This document shows positions 26,850 to 28,378 of a DNA stretch of 28,378 nucleotides, piece by piece. The notes under the pieces are model-generated. The model saw nothing but the letters and a program-made list of their open reading frames with translations. It did no database searches and was not told where the DNA came from. Position numbers and translations under genes: made by a program. The stretch is from Spartobacteria bacterium (GTDB lineage Bacteria > Verrucomicrobiota > Verrucomicrobiia > Chthoniobacterales > Chthoniobacteraceae). Within the stretch, counting starts at the first letter, position 1. Each line of letters opens with the position of its first letter. The stretch covers positions 1 to 28,378 of the forward strand of contig JAYUPM010000360.1 of NCBI GenBank assembly GCA_043760145.1, in the 5' to 3' direction.

Positions 26850-28349
26850 TTACCTGTCGATTGCGGCAGCCCTGACGAGCGAGGCGACCCGCGCCTGGAC
26901 GGCCGGGTCCATCTTGAGCAACTCGGGCCATGCCCGGGAATACCCCTCGCCTGGAAGCTTGCGGGTCGCATCGAGCCCCATGTGAGAACCGATGCACGGA
27001 ACGCTTTGGGCGTGGTCCAATGCATCGCACGGGCTTTTAATAAACGTGCTATCCCGCTGGGGATCCGTATTGGCACAGAGCCGGAAGAGCACTTCGCTCG
27101 TATTATGCACGTCGCAATCTTCATCCACCACGATGATGTATTTGCTAAACATCATCTGCCCCATCCCCCAGAGCCCGTGCATGATCTTATACGCCTGCCA
27201 CGGATATTGTTTGCGGATTGATACAAATACCAGGTTGTGGAACACCCCCTCTGCCGGCAGTGCAATGTCCACAATCTCCGGGAAGTTCATTTTGAAGATC
27301 GGTAGAAAAACCCGGACACTGGCGCCCCCCATGTAAAAATCTTCCATCGGCGGAATCCCGACCACGGTGCACGGATAAAGCGCCTCGTGCCGATGCGTAA
27401 TCGCCGTGAGATGAAAAACCGGATAGTCGTCCACTGGAGTATAGAAGCCGGTGTGATCGCCGAACGGGCCTTCGGGGCGGGTCTCGCCGGGTTGCACATA
27501 TCCTTCGAGGACAAAATCGACATCGGCGGGAACCTCGAGGTCGATGGTCTCGCACTTCACAAGGGGAACGGATTTTTTGCGGATGAACCCGGCGAACAGA
27601 ATTTCGTCGAGGCCATCGGGGAGGGGGGCGGTGGCGGCAAAAGTGTAAGCGGGGTCGCCGCCGATTGTGACGGCCACGGGCATCCGCTCGCCGCGTTCGT
27701 AGTAACCTTTGCCATGGCGGGCCCCGACTTTGTGGACCTGCCAATGCATCCCGGTGGAACGTTCATCGTAAACCTGCATCCGATACATCCCGAGATTGCG
27801 TTCGCCGGTGTCGGGATCGCGAGTATGGACGCAAGGGAAAGTGATGAAGCGCCCGCCGTCCTTGGGCCAGCATTGAAGGATCGGGAGATCGAGCAGGGTC
27901 GGCAGGGATGCGGCGCCTTTCGCAACGGGGCCTTGATCAAACCGATGAATCACTTCCTTGCACGGCCCGCTCTTCACATGTTTGGGCCGGGCATGGAGAA
28001 GGTCGAGTCCTTGCATGGCGAGGTTCCATGCGGACTTCAGGTTGGTGGGCGGCTTGGCCTTAACCAGGAGCTGCATCTGCGCGGCGAGTTGCTCGATCGA
28101 CTCCAATCCAAGCGCCATGGCCATTCGCCGGTGGGAGCCCATCGTGTTGATCGCCAGCGGGAAACTTGATCGGACCCCGTTGATTGTCGGTTGCTCAAAG
28201 AGAAGCGCCTTGCCTCCACCGGGCGACTTCATCTCCCGGTCGGCAAACTCGGTGATCTCCAATTCCGTGGCGACTGGCCCCCGGATTCGCTGGAGCTCTC
28301 CAGCATGCTCAAGGGCGTTTATAAATTCAGTGAAGGAAGAGTAGGCGAT
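26850..28349 (-). CDS. ubiD: UbiD-family (prFMN) decarboxylase, probably the menaquinone/futalosine-associated type
   Basis: RDPDTGERNLGMYRMQV, MHWQVHK, EGPFGDHTGFY, GVFHNL, LDATRKLPGEG. The family-like N-terminus extends 29 codons upstream of the track start, to ATC-GCC-TAC (x-AYSSFTEFINALEHAGEL) at 28349. Confidence 0.92.
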   Translation of the reverse strand: MAYSSFTEFINALEHAGELQRIRGPVATELEITEFADREMKSPGGGKALLFEQPTINGVRSSFPLAINTMGSHRRMAMALGLESIEQLAAQMQLLVKAKPPTNLKSAWNLAMQGLDLLHARPKHVKSGPCKEVIHRFDQGPVAKGAASLPTLLDLPILQCWPKDGGRFITFPCVHTRDPDTGERNLGMYRMQVYDERSTGMHWQVHKVGARHGKGYYERGERMPVAVTIGGDPAYTFAATAPLPDGLDEILFAGFIRKKSVPLVKCETIDLEVPADVDFVLEGYVQPGETRPEGPFGDHTGFYTPVDDYPVFHLTAITHRHEALYPCTVVGIPPMEDFYMGGASVRVFLPIFKMNFPEIVDIALPAEGVFHNLVFVSIRKQYPWQAYKIMHGLWGMGQMMFSKYIIVVDEDCDVHNTSEVLFRLCANTDPQRDSTFIKSPCDALDHAQSVPCIGSHMGLDATRKLPGEGYSRAWPELLKMDPAVQARVASLVRAAAIDR

Positions 28350-28360
28350 GGATCTTGGAG

Positions 28361-28375
28361 GAACCGCTGATTAAA
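28361..28375. repeat. Terminus of a third copy of the GAACCGCTGATT element (cut by window edge)
   Basis: GAACCGCTGATTAAA equals the reverse complement of the copy-1 right end (tttaatcagcggttc, 26183-26197). Confidence 0.7.
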
Positions 28376-28378
28376 TCT

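Overview
Most likely a Verrucomicrobia-type genome (inferred from protein style, AC-rich leaders and intergenic repeat families). The left two-thirds (minus strand, 1-18292) is one operon: TpsB/ShlB-type transporter, DUF2341+LamG-ExbB fusion, ExbD, TonB/TolA-like protein, putative porin, secreted coiled-coil protein, and a giant (>3590 aa) filamentous-haemagglutinin-type TpsA. The TpsA runs off the window edge and is absent from the ORF track. This gene set parallels the phosphate-starvation Pseudomonas aeruginosa pdtAB/exbB2D2/PA0695-PA0697 cluster. A triple 11-bp-spaced Pho-box-like repeat precedes the operon. Upstream on the same strand are a Doc/AbrB toxin-antitoxin pair and a two-gene unit with its own Pho-box-like site, encoding a secreted PstS/DING-like protein and a 1102-aa Calx-beta/Ig surface protein. 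This ~5.9 kb block appears to sit between two consecutive halves of a split HExxH metallopeptidase-like gene. The right end carries a PQQ-like beta-propeller, nested tandem palindromic repeats, a SWIB/MDM2 protein and a UbiD-family decarboxylase whose conserved start position reads ATC. Best candidate for an undescribed system: a Pho-regulated, ExbBD-TonB-energised TPS/porin machine with a PstS-like secreted partner (phosphate scavenging or surface-fibre assembly). This is inference. All family assignments are by motif recognition and no searches were run.
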